63,924 nucleotides of DNA from Octopus bimaculoides (lineage: Eukaryota). Under the pieces are notes generated by a model. That model did no database searches and was not told the DNA's origin. It saw nothing but the letters and a program-made list of their open reading frames with translations. Position numbers and translations under genes: made by a program. Position 1 is the stretch's first letter; every line of letters begins with the position of its first letter. Below, in pieces: positions 24,483-36,633 of this stretch. The stretch is taken from assembly GCF_001194135.2 (NCBI RefSeq), contig NC_069000.1:9423843-9487766 (forward strand), in the 5' to 3' direction.

Positions 24483-24898
24483 CTAGAAAGTACCAAATGA
24501 GCAAATAACCTATAAACTCAAACAAGCAGTTGAATCTAATTCTTTAATCTCTCAAATTTCCTCAAAAATTCACTACAATAAGATGTGATATCTTGCTTTC
24601 TTGGCAAATCCTATTAAATCTAAACCAGACTTGCTTTGAAATAAAGAAATAAAATGAATGATAGGCAAGAACTCGTAAGTTCATAACAAGAGAACTAGCA
24701 TTAACTAAAAGCAGCTTCTTGAAGTATTATGAAAAAAAAAATAAAAGAATATTCCTATTGAAACATAGCAAAAGTAAACTCTTCAAAAGTGAAAATGATC
24801 ACCTCAGAAAAGAAAAGAAACAGAGAAAAAAATCAATGGTTGAAGGGAAGATAAGATGATTATTATATATGTGTGTGTGTATGTATGTTTTTCTGTAT

Positions 24899-24949
<51 letters not shown>

Positions 24950-25994
24950 CCAGACTATTCATTTATTTTTTTATTCATCATCAATACCATTTTTCTTTTG
25001 CTTTTTTTTATGAACACAAAAAAACTCAAGGATATTTTTGTTTGAACAAATAGAATTATCCAACACATTGTGATATGATCCCTACCATTCATTCTGGTAG
25101 AGATCATTATGTGATTATTTTTTTCACTGTGTGAAACCATAGGAACTATCTGGGAATAATTGCATCTATGGAAATAATAGAGATAGAAATTGAATGGCTT
25201 CCAAACCAATAAGTCAAAGAAAACTCAACATAATTACATTATTATTTTNNNNNNNNNNNNNNNNNNNNNNGAAATATATAAAAGTAGTGAGTTAGCAGAA
25301 ATGGTAGAGTGCCAGACTAGATACCTTATAATACTTAGTTTTAAGTTCAAATTCTTCAATTCCATCAAATATATCCATTCTCTAAAAATATTGGCCATGA
25401 ACATAGTGAAAAGAACTTGATTTTCAAATACATGTACCACAGAGAATCTTCTGAAGTAATTTTTTTTTTTTTGCTCATTTTATTTTATTTCCCTAATGTT
25501 CCTTGTTACTTTTAGACATTTACTCATGAAGGAAAGAATCAAACTTTTTTTTGGTACTACAAAGTATAGTGGAACTAGTTCAAAGGATTTCACATTTGCA
25601 GCTCTTGTTAGAGCTGTAGCAGGTTAATCTGTATTGAACTGAGATTTTTGACAGAAGTATACTAAAGATCCTAGCAGCTAGTAAATACATTTTTCTGGTA
25701 AATGTTACTATTAATTATATAGTTCAGAAGAGAGAGAAAGAGAACAAAGCTGAAACTGTGGCTATAAAAACTTGTATTAGAAATATGTAATTCAATAGCT
25801 CTCAATTTTATGTCTTGGAATTAAAGATATCTTTCTTTCTTTCTTTTTATGACCACACACATGCATGCATGTTATGTGCACACGCACACACAGACTACCA
25901 CCACCATCACCAGAAGTAGCTGAAGCATTGGTAAAAGCTGCAGTAATAGCAGCAGTAGTATTTCAAGCTTGCTTTTCTATGCTAGCATGGGTTG

Positions 25995-26330
25995 AATAAG
26001 TTTGCTTAAACACAGCATCTTCTTGCCACTTGTTGGGGTCCATTTTTATCTGGCATTTACAACAACAGAAAAAAGTGCTCATACTTATTGTCATATATAC
26101 CATATTTCCTTTGATATCATTTCTACAGTTGGATCCCATTTGTTTCTTGATCTTGAGTTCGATTCTACAGTAGGTGTTTCATTGCATATTTAGGTCAGGG
26201 TTCTGTAACCATAGGCAAAACCTGACCTGTGGATTCCATTCATCTGGTCTAACAACTTTATTGTATATGTGACATCGCATACAAAATTCTTTGTTTTCTT
26301 TATCTCTCTTTGGTCAGTAAACAATGAAAT
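25995..26330 (-). mobile_element. LINE AP-endonuclease domain relic
   Basis: KENKEFC..YNKVVRPDEWNPQVR resembles GDWNAQVG; also NCRNDIKG and MSTFF. One in-frame stop. Confidence 0.5.
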
Positions 26331-27099
26331 TTGACTACATTGGTCTCCACCCTAGCCTACTGATCCCTTCCTGTCCATACTCATCCCTTATAATACTGTA
26401 TTGCCCTAGACTAAGTGTATCCACTTAGCCATTCTCTACTATTATAAATATACGTTTATATTTGTGTTTCTTTACGCATTCAGATATACAAATACACACA
26501 TACATATATTCACTACTACCGCCCACAAAGAGATTTTATTTTCCTTTAGTAGTAATGTTTGAAGCAACAGTAGTAGTAGTACTATTAATGATGTTGGTAG
26601 TGGTAGTGAGACAGTAGGAGGAAGCTGAATACGAAGATGGTGGGATAAAACTATTAATTGATATGAAGTAAAAGTGATAAAATTGTTCAGAATTTGGGAA
26701 GAGAAATCTTATCTAGGGTTTTATTTGGAGTAAATGTTGGTATTATTAGATTCTTTTTAATCTTATTTCTTGCTGCTACTTTTTCTAAGTCACTTTCACA
26801 AGACAAATCTATAATATTTTAAAACTTTCATTTAAAAAAAAGTCTGAAACTGAGACTACTCTACCCCACTAATAACTTGGTTTCTTTCACGTGCATTAGA
26901 CATCACTCAGACTTATAAGTAATCATATGGAATGTTGTGGTATTCATAACTTTCTCAGCAGCATTTGTAAGGTATGCCACATGAAAATGAGATGTAGGAA
27001 TCAAAACCAGGTGCCAGAATTTTAATACAACTTTATAATGTTTTTTTTTTAATATTTTTAAAAAATTTTATTTAACTTTCATTCACATTTAGTTAGTAT

Positions 27100-27124
27100 G
27101 GGTTAGGGTTAGGGTTAGGGTTAG
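27100..27124 (+). repeat. Short interstitial telomeric sequence (GGGTTA)4G
   Basis: Exact repeat in AT-rich unique context. Confidence 0.9.
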
Positions 27125-27364
27125 AAAATTGTAAATGAAATCTACTGATGGTCTAAGTTGGCAAAAAATATGCTTAACAATTTACTTATAATTTATCTTT
27201 TGAAATTGCTTGAAAGAAGCAAGTAAAACGAAGAAGCTAATCACAATGGAAAGTTACAATTTGTGGTCTAGCATATTTAGAATCGTTTCAAATTACACAG
27301 CCTTTGGGCTGATTGATACATACATACATTCACGCGCAGAAACATACATACATACACACACACA

Positions 27365-27490
27365 CAAGGTGATATCAAAAAGTTCCTGGACTAGTTCTGT
27401 AGCGTGCCAATAAATGGCAACACATGGTTACGTGTACAGTGAGAGCTAGCAGTGACCTTCATGAGGCAGTGTGCCAAGTGGCATCACTGT
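27365..27490 (+). mobile_element. mariner-type terminal fragment
   Basis: CAAGGTGATATCAAAAAGTTCCTGGACT resembles mariner TIRs. No partner end found. Confidence 0.55.
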
Positions 27491-27626
27491 ATTTACTTCC
27501 TAAGTTGGAGCAATGTGAAATGAAGTGTTTTGCTCAAGAACACAATGCATCACCCGGTCCAGAAATTGAAACTACAATCTTACACTCATGAGTCCAAAAC
27601 CCAAACCACTAAGTCATGTGCCTTCA
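27490..27626 (-). mobile_element. SINE family C
   Basis: GAAATGAAGTGTTTTGCTCAAGAACACAATGC..CCGGTCCAGAAATTGAAAC..CCACTAAGTCATGTGCC. Confidence 0.7.
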
Positions 27627-27789
27627 GTACTTGAGTATATAGCATGTTGAAAATATAAGGTTAAGCCATAAGACAGGCAACTAAGTAAGCCGAGAGGGTA
27701 ACTGGCCACACATCTCTCAGCTTTGTTCACAATAGAGATAAGTTATGTAATGTGAAATAATAGTACAGAGAAAAAAAAAATCATTAGCA

Positions 27790-27890
27790 AATGGTGCCAG
27801 TATAGAGGTAGACCAATAAAGACTTTGGAGGAAGTAATATAGTGAGGCAAGAAAATTTTAAGTCTCAAAGATAACAATGGCTTGAGGGGT
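27790..27890 (+). mobile_element. RTE-like LINE 3' fragment
   Basis: RGRPIKTLEEVI resembles RGRPRKTWEEVV. Confidence 0.45.
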
Positions 27891-27983
27891 ACTAATAATA
27901 TCCCATATCAATTCAATAACAACATGGAAAACAGATGTAAAAGATAATGATGGTTATGAAAAAGGTAACAATAACAGCGGAAG

Positions 27984-28017
<34 letters not shown>

Positions 28018-28070
28018 AACAATGACGACAACAGTCATAATGACAATAATAATAATCATGATGACTGATG
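27984..28070 (+). repeat. (GAT)n microsatellite, degenerate 3' part
   Basis: Direct inspection. Confidence 0.92.
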
Positions 28071-28959
28071 AAATATTGTTAATAGTTACCTGAACAATTT
28101 TTTTTTTTTTTGTGTTGATTAGATATATCTTATTTATTTAATCATTTACTTACGAACCAAAAAAATATAGAAAATTTATAGCTTCTAATCTATACAATCT
28201 ATATATTGCAACTACTATTGTGGCTGTTAGAGAAGAGAATATTTCAGAGAATTACAAAATAATGTCTTTTACCCAACAATCATTATTATTCCTGTGGCCC
28301 ACTCAATGGCTGACAACATTTTACCATGCTATGCTAATCTTTACTTGGAATGAAACTCTTTACAAACAGCTCATATCATCTACATTTCCACATTCCAATA
28401 ATTGTCAACATTTCAAAGCTAAAAAAAGATGAGCTGCTGCTACCATATCATTTTAACTATTGGCTCACCATTTCATTCCTTCACAATATCTATTTAAAAA
28501 GATTGCTAAATTTTTCACTAGAAATGTTACTTTACAAAACAACAACTGCTTCTGAGCTAAATGTTATTTTCAGTTATTCCATGTGTGTATGTGCATGTGT
28601 GCATGCACATGCATGCATGTGCCAGTATGTGCACATGTGTGAGTCTAGAGATATATTTTAATGTTGATACATATAGATATACACACACATACACATAACT
28701 CCAACACACTACCTACATGTATGGTTTATATGTGAGTACATATATATAATAATTATTACTTTGTATTTTATTATATATCTTTTTAGTGTATTTACTTATT
28801 AAATTTTTCTATAGGTGACTGTGGATTTTCATGGATGAGTTCAGGAACTGTGGTTCTTTTCTCTAAATTATATATTTATATATATATATATATATATATC
28901 TGAGTGGTAGATTTCATGCAAACGATTCTACCAGCTTACTGCCTTAATCCAATCTGAAA

Positions 28960-29177
28960 TATCAGTTTCAAATTTTGCCATAAGGACAGCAATTTGGGGA
29001 GAGGGGGATGAGTCGAATACATCAACCCCCAATGTTCAACTGGTATTTATTTTATCGACCCCAGAAGGATGAAAAGCAAAGTTGACCTTGGTAGAATTTG
29101 AACTCAGAATGTGAAGACAGATGAAATGCCACTAAGCATTTTGCCTGGCATGCTAATGATTCTGCCAGTTCATTGCT
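28960..29177 (-). mobile_element. SINE family A
   Basis: Reverse complement of the same core, including the GCAAAATGCTTAG head. Confidence 0.85.
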
Positions 29178-30039
29178 TTCATAAAATCTGAAATAATACA
29201 ACGTAAAACACAAACTTCAGAAATAACTATTTTGACTTAAAGTATTGTAATACTTATTGATCCAAACTTAATGACCCACTGCCACCACCAGATGTTAGTG
29301 CCAACATTATGACAAAGTTTACCTACTAGAATTCACTGAACTCTAGATATCACTGAAATCAAAATCAAAATGTTACTGCCAACTGTCAATAATAGAAACA
29401 GTTGTAAATACTTAACTTTAGAGCATGTAAATTGTTTGTTTCTTTACTGTATTTGAGGCTCAAAACTAGTAGTCTAACTCTAGAATTTTCAAAGTCCTGT
29501 TTCACCTTATCCAACCAGCATGAAATAAACATCCTTGTTCAGAAAACTATTACTAATGTTTTATTATCATCATCATTATTGAAGTGACATCATCATCTTT
29601 GCTGCAGTCTTTGGCTGGTTGAGTCAATAGAATGCAGAAGAGTCAGCAGGTCATATTCTATCACCAGCTCTGATCTGTATCCTCATCAAAATTCTTCACT
29701 TTCAGATGGTCAGTCTGCTTAGCTCTAAGTAGGTATTACTTGTTATACTCTCACTACTCTAAGCACCAAGAGCACAGTTTAATTAATGTTTCATTAGTTT
29801 GTACTATGCATTCTTGGCAAGGGATGTACTCTTCCAGGGTGACATTCTTTAAATACACTACATACAGAAGAAATACTCAGTAATGAATTTCAAGATTACA
29901 TTCAAATCTTTAGATGACTATCTTCTATATCACTGTATACAAAATTTTCCAAGAATATTAGTAAGTAAATTCTATTAATGACTTAAATAAATAGTAACAG
30001 TAATTAAGCTAAAAACTAGAGATAATGAATGCATTGCAG

Positions 30040-30160
30040 TTTTCAATTTAGTATTACTCTTTCTGAGTTCAAAATCTGTTACAGTGTTGCTTCTTTGAAT
30101 TTCTGATGTGTTGGCAAATTAATGTCAGTAATAAACTGGAGTCAATTAGCTATAGTATCT
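30040..30160 (+). mobile_element. SINE family A, degenerate
   Basis: TTCTGAGTTCAAAATCTG core. Confidence 0.5.
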
Positions 30161-30392
30161 CTTTTAAACACACACACACACACACATATACAATAACCAC
30201 AAAAATCCCTGATTCTAATAGGAAAAAAAAGAATTAAAAGAATCATATATATGATGTATACTAAGTATGAGAGTAAAAAAAGAAAGATCAACTAAATGCC
30301 AAAAGCTGGAAAATATATTTAAACAATATGACACCTAAATGGTAGGTTAGAAGTCTATGTCAACACAATATTTCTTTACAAAACTCATTTAC

Positions 30393-30504
30393 CTAATGGA
30401 TAAAACTTGCTCTATTTTCATTATGGAAAATAATAATTCATAAAGCAGTATCCCTAACAGAATGGTCTTCTTCAATGTTCCCATATAAGCTGATAGTAAT
30501 AAAT
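30393..30504 (-). CDS. Candidate first coding exon: MGTLKKTILLGILLYELLFSIMKIEQVLSI (signal-peptide-like)
   Basis: CTATTTCAG acceptor, ATG at 30484-30482, TAG|GTAAAT donor. Lies 1.2 kb downstream of the promoter-like island. Confidence 0.38.
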
Positions 30505-31829
30505 CTGAAATAGATTCCTGGCAAAATGATATCAAAAGTAGTTTTCCCATGTAGACAGAAATGTCTCTCAACGGTCATTTTTTAAAAAAATTCATACAGA
30601 TAGGATGAAATTTATAATTTATAAACATCATATTCAGTACAACAGTACCATCAACACCACTATCAACAACAACAGCACAACAAAAGTCAATCCCTTCAGG
30701 AGATAGCTATTCAGTTGCCCTTTCATTTAGTGTATTGCTTTGCCAGTTTTTAAACATTCTTTTCTTTTATTCCTATATTTATTGATGATTTCTTAAATTA
30801 CTCATATATCTAGTAATATATATAAATAAAAATAGCATTTTGCTATTAAGATGAACCACAGCTTATATAATCATTGGTGACATACAGACAGTGATACTGA
30901 TGTTTTCATTTCGAGTTCTATTCACAAGTTAAATATAGTATTTATTGCTAAACTTTATTGAATTTACCACATATACCAATATATACATCTACTTCTTATT
31001 TGATTGTCTCAGCAAGATAAAATGCCATACTAAAGGAGTAAATCCTAATATTGTTTTCCTGTTACTTCAATGCAGTTAGAATTCAGAAAATTGATTTTAC
31101 TGATTCAAATCTAATATTGTACATGGTTTACAAAATGTTAAGATAGAGCAGTTCCTGGTATACACATAAAAGAAAAAGCTAAAGCTCCAGAACATCAGTA
31201 AATAATTCTTTGAAACAGAATTGATGAATGCCCTTCCTTGCATCATTTAATATGTAAATTATAAGCTACTAACCAATATAGTTTTATTATAATGTTTTAA
31301 GAGTCACACTAGAATAGATAAACTTCATGTTACATCAAGAAACCAAGCCCTTTATGTATTTGTACAGGTCTCCAATAAATTATAAACATATATACTCATA
31401 ATTCTGAAAGAATATTATCTATTAACTACATACATCATAATATGATGGTCTATAAATAGAAAGTTATATATGTAAAAGATAAAAGACCAGCATGAATAGC
31501 CAGAAAAACGTTAGTAATGTCTAATAAATGAACTAATTGAGTCTGCTCTACTATTCTCTCAGTAGGTTGCTTAGCAGTTTCTGAACTCAAATATTTCTTC
31601 TGATTTATCCAAAGAAGCCAAGGAGGTGACCAATACCATATTTGGCTATGTCACTTCAGATCAATGACCTGACCAAATCTCTTACCCTTGAAATGCCTAC
31701 AAGATGACCATCAGGAATACAAAAATGTCTTTGTACATCACATGGTTGCAAGATTCCCTTCCACACATATTGCTGATGGCTCTCCTAGTTTCTAGTCAAG
31801 AATGCTTCTACCACTTCACATATATACAT

Positions 31830-32300
31830 AAATATGGACGTAGTAGATAACAGCTAGCCTTCAGCCGCTCTTTTGGACCCAGTTGTGTCCACTACTCTGA
31901 TTGGTTGGTATTGGTGCAATTTGTTTCTTGCTCTATTGTGCACCAAGATGCAACCCAACCAATCGCAGCCTTCAGATAAGGTCACGTGAGACAGTCTCTT
32001 CTAAACTTCTGGCGTGACACATCAAGTTGATGTCTTTCGGTTCCAGACCTTTCGAGGTCTAGCCAATGACCACAGAGCCAGTTCCAGTGACGACACAACA
32101 GCAGCCACATGGAGACTCATCAGCACTTTGTTCACGCAACATTCGTCCTAACATATATTTCCTGGCCGTTTTACTCTCTAGTCCACATTACATACACAAA
32201 TGTAAGTTATCCAGAAGTCACTCTTTCAACTCCACTCGTCTCACCACCATATGCATATACTTCAAACGGACACTCTTGAGACATAAGTACTCACCAAACT
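31830..32300. promoter_or_regulatory. CpG-retaining promoter-like region
   Basis: Abrupt CpG enrichment in non-repeat sequence. CCAAT boxes in both orientations (31900-31914, 31959-31963, 32063-32067) and a TCACGTGA E-box (31982-31989). Strong minus-strand donor AGG|GTAAGA at 31686. Confidence 0.55.
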
Positions 32301-32399
32301 CTCCAGAGATTTACCATACATTAATGATATCTCTAAATCTAAGTCAGTAAGGCAACTTTGGAACATAATTAAAGAAAAGGTTCTTAATCAATTCTATTG

Positions 32400-33285
32400 C
32401 ATAATTTTTGTCTCAAAGTTCTCCACGTACTGGGTGGGTGGGGGGTACTGCTAGTGTCTCTCACATGTAAATATTGGTTCAGCTTCACGAATCGTACTCG
32501 TTCATAATACTGGAATATATTCATCGCCAAAAGGTTCCTGATTGCTCCAGTAATTTGTTATTCTGGGTAACTGTCTAATACCCATAAAAATATTTATGGC
32601 AAAAAATGCCCGTATTTCATCTAGAGTTGCAGGAAACCACAACCTATCTTTTTTTTCCGATTTGTTTACATACTGCGTAACGGTTTGTTTCCGCAGTAAT
32701 CATTTCAAACAAGCATGAAAAAGAAGTCTAAAGGTTTCGCTTCCTGAGAAAGACTATGGGTAGACCCTGTCTCCTCAGAAAAATTGTTAATAAAAATATT
32801 TTTAAAATCTTTTTCTGGTGTAAAAATCATCCTCGCTGTCGCCTCGTTGCTTTCAGAATCGCTACTTTCAGTTTCGGATACAGAAATATCTGATTCATTA
32901 TCGTTCACCACATGCTTTTGTAGCTCATTCATTCTTTTCTTCGATATCTCCATATCTTCTGTTGAAAAACCATCAAATTTGGAATCACTGCTTGATAGCA
33001 TGAAGCTCCTCTCCATCTTCAAAGTTGAAAAAAATTAACGCCGCAAAAAATGTGGAAAAAAATCTTCCAAAATTCACTGAGTTCAAATATCACGCCAAAC
33101 AATGTCGGAGACAATTACTCAATTGTTTGCAAAGTGAAATCAGGTGTTTGAACGAATGTACTAACGAAATTTGGGTTCAAATATACATTTAAATAACAAT
33201 GGGTATGCTCGGCCGGCTACGGCCGGGTTAGTCTTATGAACCAAAAATTTTTCGGCCAGCTACGACCGGGTTAGTAACGAAAGGG
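32400..33285 (-). mobile_element. piggyBac transposon relic: left end plus decayed 5' part of the transposase
   Basis: TTAA (33286-33289) then CCCTTTCG end, with two 23-bp subterminal direct repeats (33210-33232, 33253-33275). Acidic N-terminus, PLDFF, then after a frameshift EMITAETNRYA and RVRFVKLNQYLHV, matching the DDE_Tnp_1_7 (PGBD) N-terminal pattern. Stops and frameshifts present; no right end seen. Confidence 0.85.
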
Positions 33286-33454
33286 TTAAGTGATTACATG
33301 GAAATTATTTAGCTTATTCTCTCCTGTTATGACTCCTAGTTCCAAGGGAGTCTCTACATGGTCATTTAAACTGCTGGAAATAGCAGCCACGTCTACCTTA
33401 AAATACTTCTTGCTGTCTAAAAAAGAAAAAAACACCCTCGGGTATGCAACCCTA

Positions 33455-33673
33455 GGTACTACTAAAGCAGCACGGTCCTGAACGCGCAGTCACGCGTCCG
33501 CGCTAGCTAGTCGTGAGTGGTCGATCCTAACCCTAACCCTAAACATGTATTCATTTGCACACGCGGGTTAGGGATAGGGTTAGGGATAGGGTTAGGGATA
33601 GGGTTAGGATCGACCACTCACGACTAGCTGACGCGCGACTGCGCGTTCGGGACCGTGCTGCTTTAGTAGTACC
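33455..33673. mobile_element. Non-autonomous DNA transposon (MITE), Merlin-like, carrying inverted telomeric repeats
   Basis: Long TIRs GGTACTACTAAAGCAGCACGGTCC(T/C)GAACGCGCAGTC...GTCGTGAGTGGTCGATCCTAACCC. Perfect 8-bp TSD CAACCCTA at 33447-33454 and 33674-33681. GG termini with an 8-9 bp TSD are Merlin hallmarks. Core is CCCTAA repeats, a 22-bp spacer, then (GGGTTAGGGATA)3 GGGTTAGG. Confidence 0.88.
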
Positions 33674-36633
33674 CAACCCTACATATATTATACCTTAAAA
33701 AGAAGCAAGAAATGGTCATGGCTTGAGTGCTTTTAATTATATCTATCTGCTTAACCAAAGCCAACCTAGGGCTAAACAACAGTTTACATCTATGCTTGAG
33801 AAAAGCATGAACCTCACACAGTTTCATTTCCCTTTCTCTTTGAATCTGGACTTGTTTCCCTATGCAAGAAATCAATATTATAGGTAATTACTTTTTCCCT
33901 CTTTGTTGGAAATAGGAATTCTGAACTGCAAATTAAAAATGTCTCTTTCATTGTCCAAAGCTCCTATCTCCAATATTTATATGTGTCTACATCGCCAGCT
34001 GTTTTACCACATTAAAAAACATGTTAAGCTTTAATGCATTAATTGCCATTATGCTGATCTTAATTCCTTCACAAAATACAGAATGCAATCAATATTTTTT
34101 GAACAAAAAATAAAATAAATAAAAAAGATAAATTATTATTAAATCAATATGAATGAATTTCATAATTTATTAACATTATATTGTTATACCAATCTACACT
34201 TTGAACAAGCTGCAATCATTATCCTTTCCATTTTGTTTTGCTCTTTAACAGGTTATTTTTACTAATTATAAATACCAACTCAATCTACATTTGCAGAACA
34301 ATCCAATTTTATTGTAAAAAAAACTTGCAATAAAAACCATGAAAAAATTACATCTATCTATTCCCCATAGATAAAATAAATGGAAGATATTTTTTGTAAC
34401 CTTTGTAAATTATATTTATTTTATCATTTATGTATGATTCTACAAAATATAATTTACAAACTTACTTATATTATTTATGTACACAGTTCTGGGACTATAT
34501 TTTCCTAATGCCTACTTTCCCCTTTAAAGGTTTTTCAGAAATATGAAAATATGATTTTTTACTATCTAAAATATTCAACACGACATTAATAATATTTATT
34601 TTAATATTTCATTATTGGTTATACATTTCAGCCATTCTATTCCATATAATATTTTCAAAATTTGTTGACTCAAGATTATATAGCCTTACACAAACAAAAC
34701 CACAATAACAAACAAAATGATACATAAAATGTCAAGTAAGGGGCATTAGGGAATATGTACAATTCATGTCTCTGTAATTGAGAAATACTCTACTATGTGT
34801 GGAATTCATACTGATTTCTACCATCTGGAAGTAATGTTAACTTCAGGGGGAAAAAAAAAAAGAAAGAAAAAGAAAACCTTATTTATGTTATTTACATCAC
34901 TTCTGAGACTATTCACTGCAGCTTCTGGAAAATAAACATCAAATAGCCTCGACAAAGACTACCCACCACAACCACCACCATCAAAGGGGGCGACTGCTGT
35001 TCCATTCAATATTATTGGTTTTTATCAGCCTAGAACAAATATATGTTTGGGAATAAATGATGAGTTATTTTCACAAAGAAACTAGTCTAAGAGAAGCCAA
35101 GGAATTTTTGAAAACTCTACCACAAGAAGTTGTTTAAAATAACTAGACAGTGTTTTAAAAATAATTTCTTTAAAACAATTTTTTCCATCTTTTTTTTCTC
35201 TTATAAATAAATCTGAATGAAGCACACAATTATAATACTATTTGAAGCAAACTTTTTTATCTCTATAATTCAAAAAACTATTCAACACTACCACCACCAC
35301 CTCTTTCTCAATTAAATGTCTTCATTCATGTTTTCATGCTAATTAGATAGAAGAGTTTTAAATATTTCTCATATATCTTAATTTTATTCCAGTAACTCCA
35401 TCTTTTTCAAGCATACTCAAACAACAAGCTAACCTCAACTATGTCTTCAATTCCCTACCAGTTAGCAACAACCTGATCATACATTTCTTTAGATGTCAAT
35501 ACAATTCAAACTATTTCTCCTATAAGTAGATTCTTCTCTTTTCCCTCAAATTTACATTGTAATCTATCAGACTTCTTTTTTATTCTTCTGCTGCCTTTTC
35601 AATTCTTTCATTTTTGCTGACTATGATTTGCAACTCTAAAAAAAAAAATACACATTTCTCATACATGCTTTGCTATATACTTCTGTCAATAACAGTAGAA
35701 TTCCTCCAAATTTCTTACAGCTACATTGATCTTTAGCATCAATACTGATTGTATCAACTCAATAACAGAACATATCTAGTCTTTTGCATAACAAAATATA
35801 TCTAATATTTTAGTCTGTATCATAATTGTATGATCTGAAAGAATTCACAACCTACAATAAAGATATTGGTTTACTAACATTTTGACTAAAAATCCTCTAC
35901 ATTCATTTACTCATATTTGTGCCAACATTCTATTGGGAAACTATTCTTTTCCTGAGCAATGCTACAACTAGCTGTATCTGGATTATGTATGTAGGTCAGC
36001 CATGTTCACTCATAATTCCCTGCTTCCAAGTTTCAGACTTGTACAGATATTGGATTCTATAAAAATCTGCCTATTTGCATATAAGAACTCCCAGGAGAAA
36101 CCCACTGCTGAATTCCACCATTAGTACTTGAAGAGCAGAACACTGAACATCTGTAAATATTTATATGGTTACCGCATTCATTATAAGCTGGAATTTAAAA
36201 TAAAAATATATTCATATATTGAAACCTCTTAAAATAGTTTGAATACTGATAGTGAGATTTTCTTCAAACAACAAATAACCTGAATAACTTATAAAGATGA
36301 ATAGGGAGTTTACTTTATTAAACTGAAAGGTTCAAAACCAAGGTCAGAAATGTTATCTAGAAAATGCTTTTTTTATACTACAACAACCTGTTGTTTAGTT
36401 TTACATTAACCACTTACTTTTACCCATAACTAAACTTTTAAAAAAGTGTAAATTCTTTTTCCTGACATCAATCTTTTCACCAAGAAATTTCTCTTTTTGC
36501 ATATTTTCGAAATATAATGATTTTCTTATTTGCAATCAAGAGTGAAACATTTTGCCAGTCCAAGTGTTACTAATGGTTTGTAATTTTCTATAAAATAAAT
36601 TAACATCCTTTTCTGCTTGACTGCATTATTTGA

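Noticed and set aside
32005-32130. Hammerhead ribozyme on the minus strand (CTGATGA followed by two CGAAAG motifs)
   Set aside because: I could not build stem II and stem III with a correctly placed NUH cleavage triplet. An Infernal search would settle it.
32128-32143. 16-nt match (GCAACATTCGTCCTAA) between the promoter island and the 17.3-kb fold-back element
   Set aside because: One or two chance 16-mer matches are expected in a 64-kb two-strand self-comparison, and the flanks do not extend convincingly.
32784-33038. Ser-rich plus-strand ORF
   Set aside because: Antisense shadow of the piggyBac acidic N-terminus.
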